Positions 63,661-64,000 of a DNA stretch of 64,000 bases are shown piece after piece. The notes under the pieces are model-generated. The model was not told where the DNA came from. It did not search any database and worked only from the letters and a program-made list of their open reading frames with translations. This DNA is from Octopus vulgaris (Eukaryota), in NCBI GenBank assembly GCA_951406725.2, contig OX597824.1, forward strand, positions 65,472,001 to 65,536,000, given 5' to 3'. The position numbers and the translations under genes were made by a program. How positions within the stretch are numbered: position 1 is the stretch's first letter; every line of letters starts with the position of its first letter.

Positions 63661-64000
63661 GTGCGTGCATTTACACACACACACTCACCGCTTTAAATAA
63701 TTGTTTTTTTTCTGTAATTCACATTTACTCATGCTTCCTTATCATGAAATTGTTTGGAAAATTTTCAAGAATCTCTATTGAAACAAAGAAAAGGATTACA
63801 AAAGGATTACACTTCAGCAGTTTCAACAACTATGCACCTATTACTGTTATCACCACCACCACTGTCATCCTCATCAGCAGCAACACTTTCAACGTGATTG
63901 GCATGAAGTAGATTTTTAGCATTTTAGACATGTTGAAAATTAAAAAATTGAATACATTCCAGTTCATTAAATCTTGTGACATGTGACATAACCCTTTCCT

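Noticed and set aside
63769-63897. Possible last CELSR exon (ESLLKQRKG...SPPPLSSSSAATLST*)
   Set aside because: Weak AAG acceptor, low-complexity sequence, no family motif.

Overview
AT-rich, microsatellite-dense animal DNA. The repeat families and gene content suggest a coleoid cephalopod, probably Octopus (inference). On the + strand, 18 coding exons (656-41903, all AG/GT-bounded and phase-compatible) encode the C-terminal part of a Flamingo/Starry night/CELSR adhesion GPCR: end of the HRM domain, GAIN domain, GPS (CSCSHL|STYAVLM), 7TM and cytoplasmic tail. The last exon is not securely located. At 48.9-52.8 kb lies a young Penelope-like retroelement (RT plus C-terminal GIY-YIG, Naiad-like motifs) in (TA)n DNA, with inverted pseudo-LTRs that carry a variant hammerhead-ribozyme-like motif. 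At least six further hammerhead-like motifs lie elsewhere in the window. One has a compensatory G3:C8 core swap. One pair belongs to a tRNA-headed element whose tail is a Penelope-type hammerhead, a candidate Penelope-mobilised SINE or retrozyme. The window also has tRNA-SINEs, RTE and CR1 LINE fragments, hAT/piggyBac/Helitron-type MITEs and several large foldback inversions. Most short ORFs in the track are artefacts of simple repeats.
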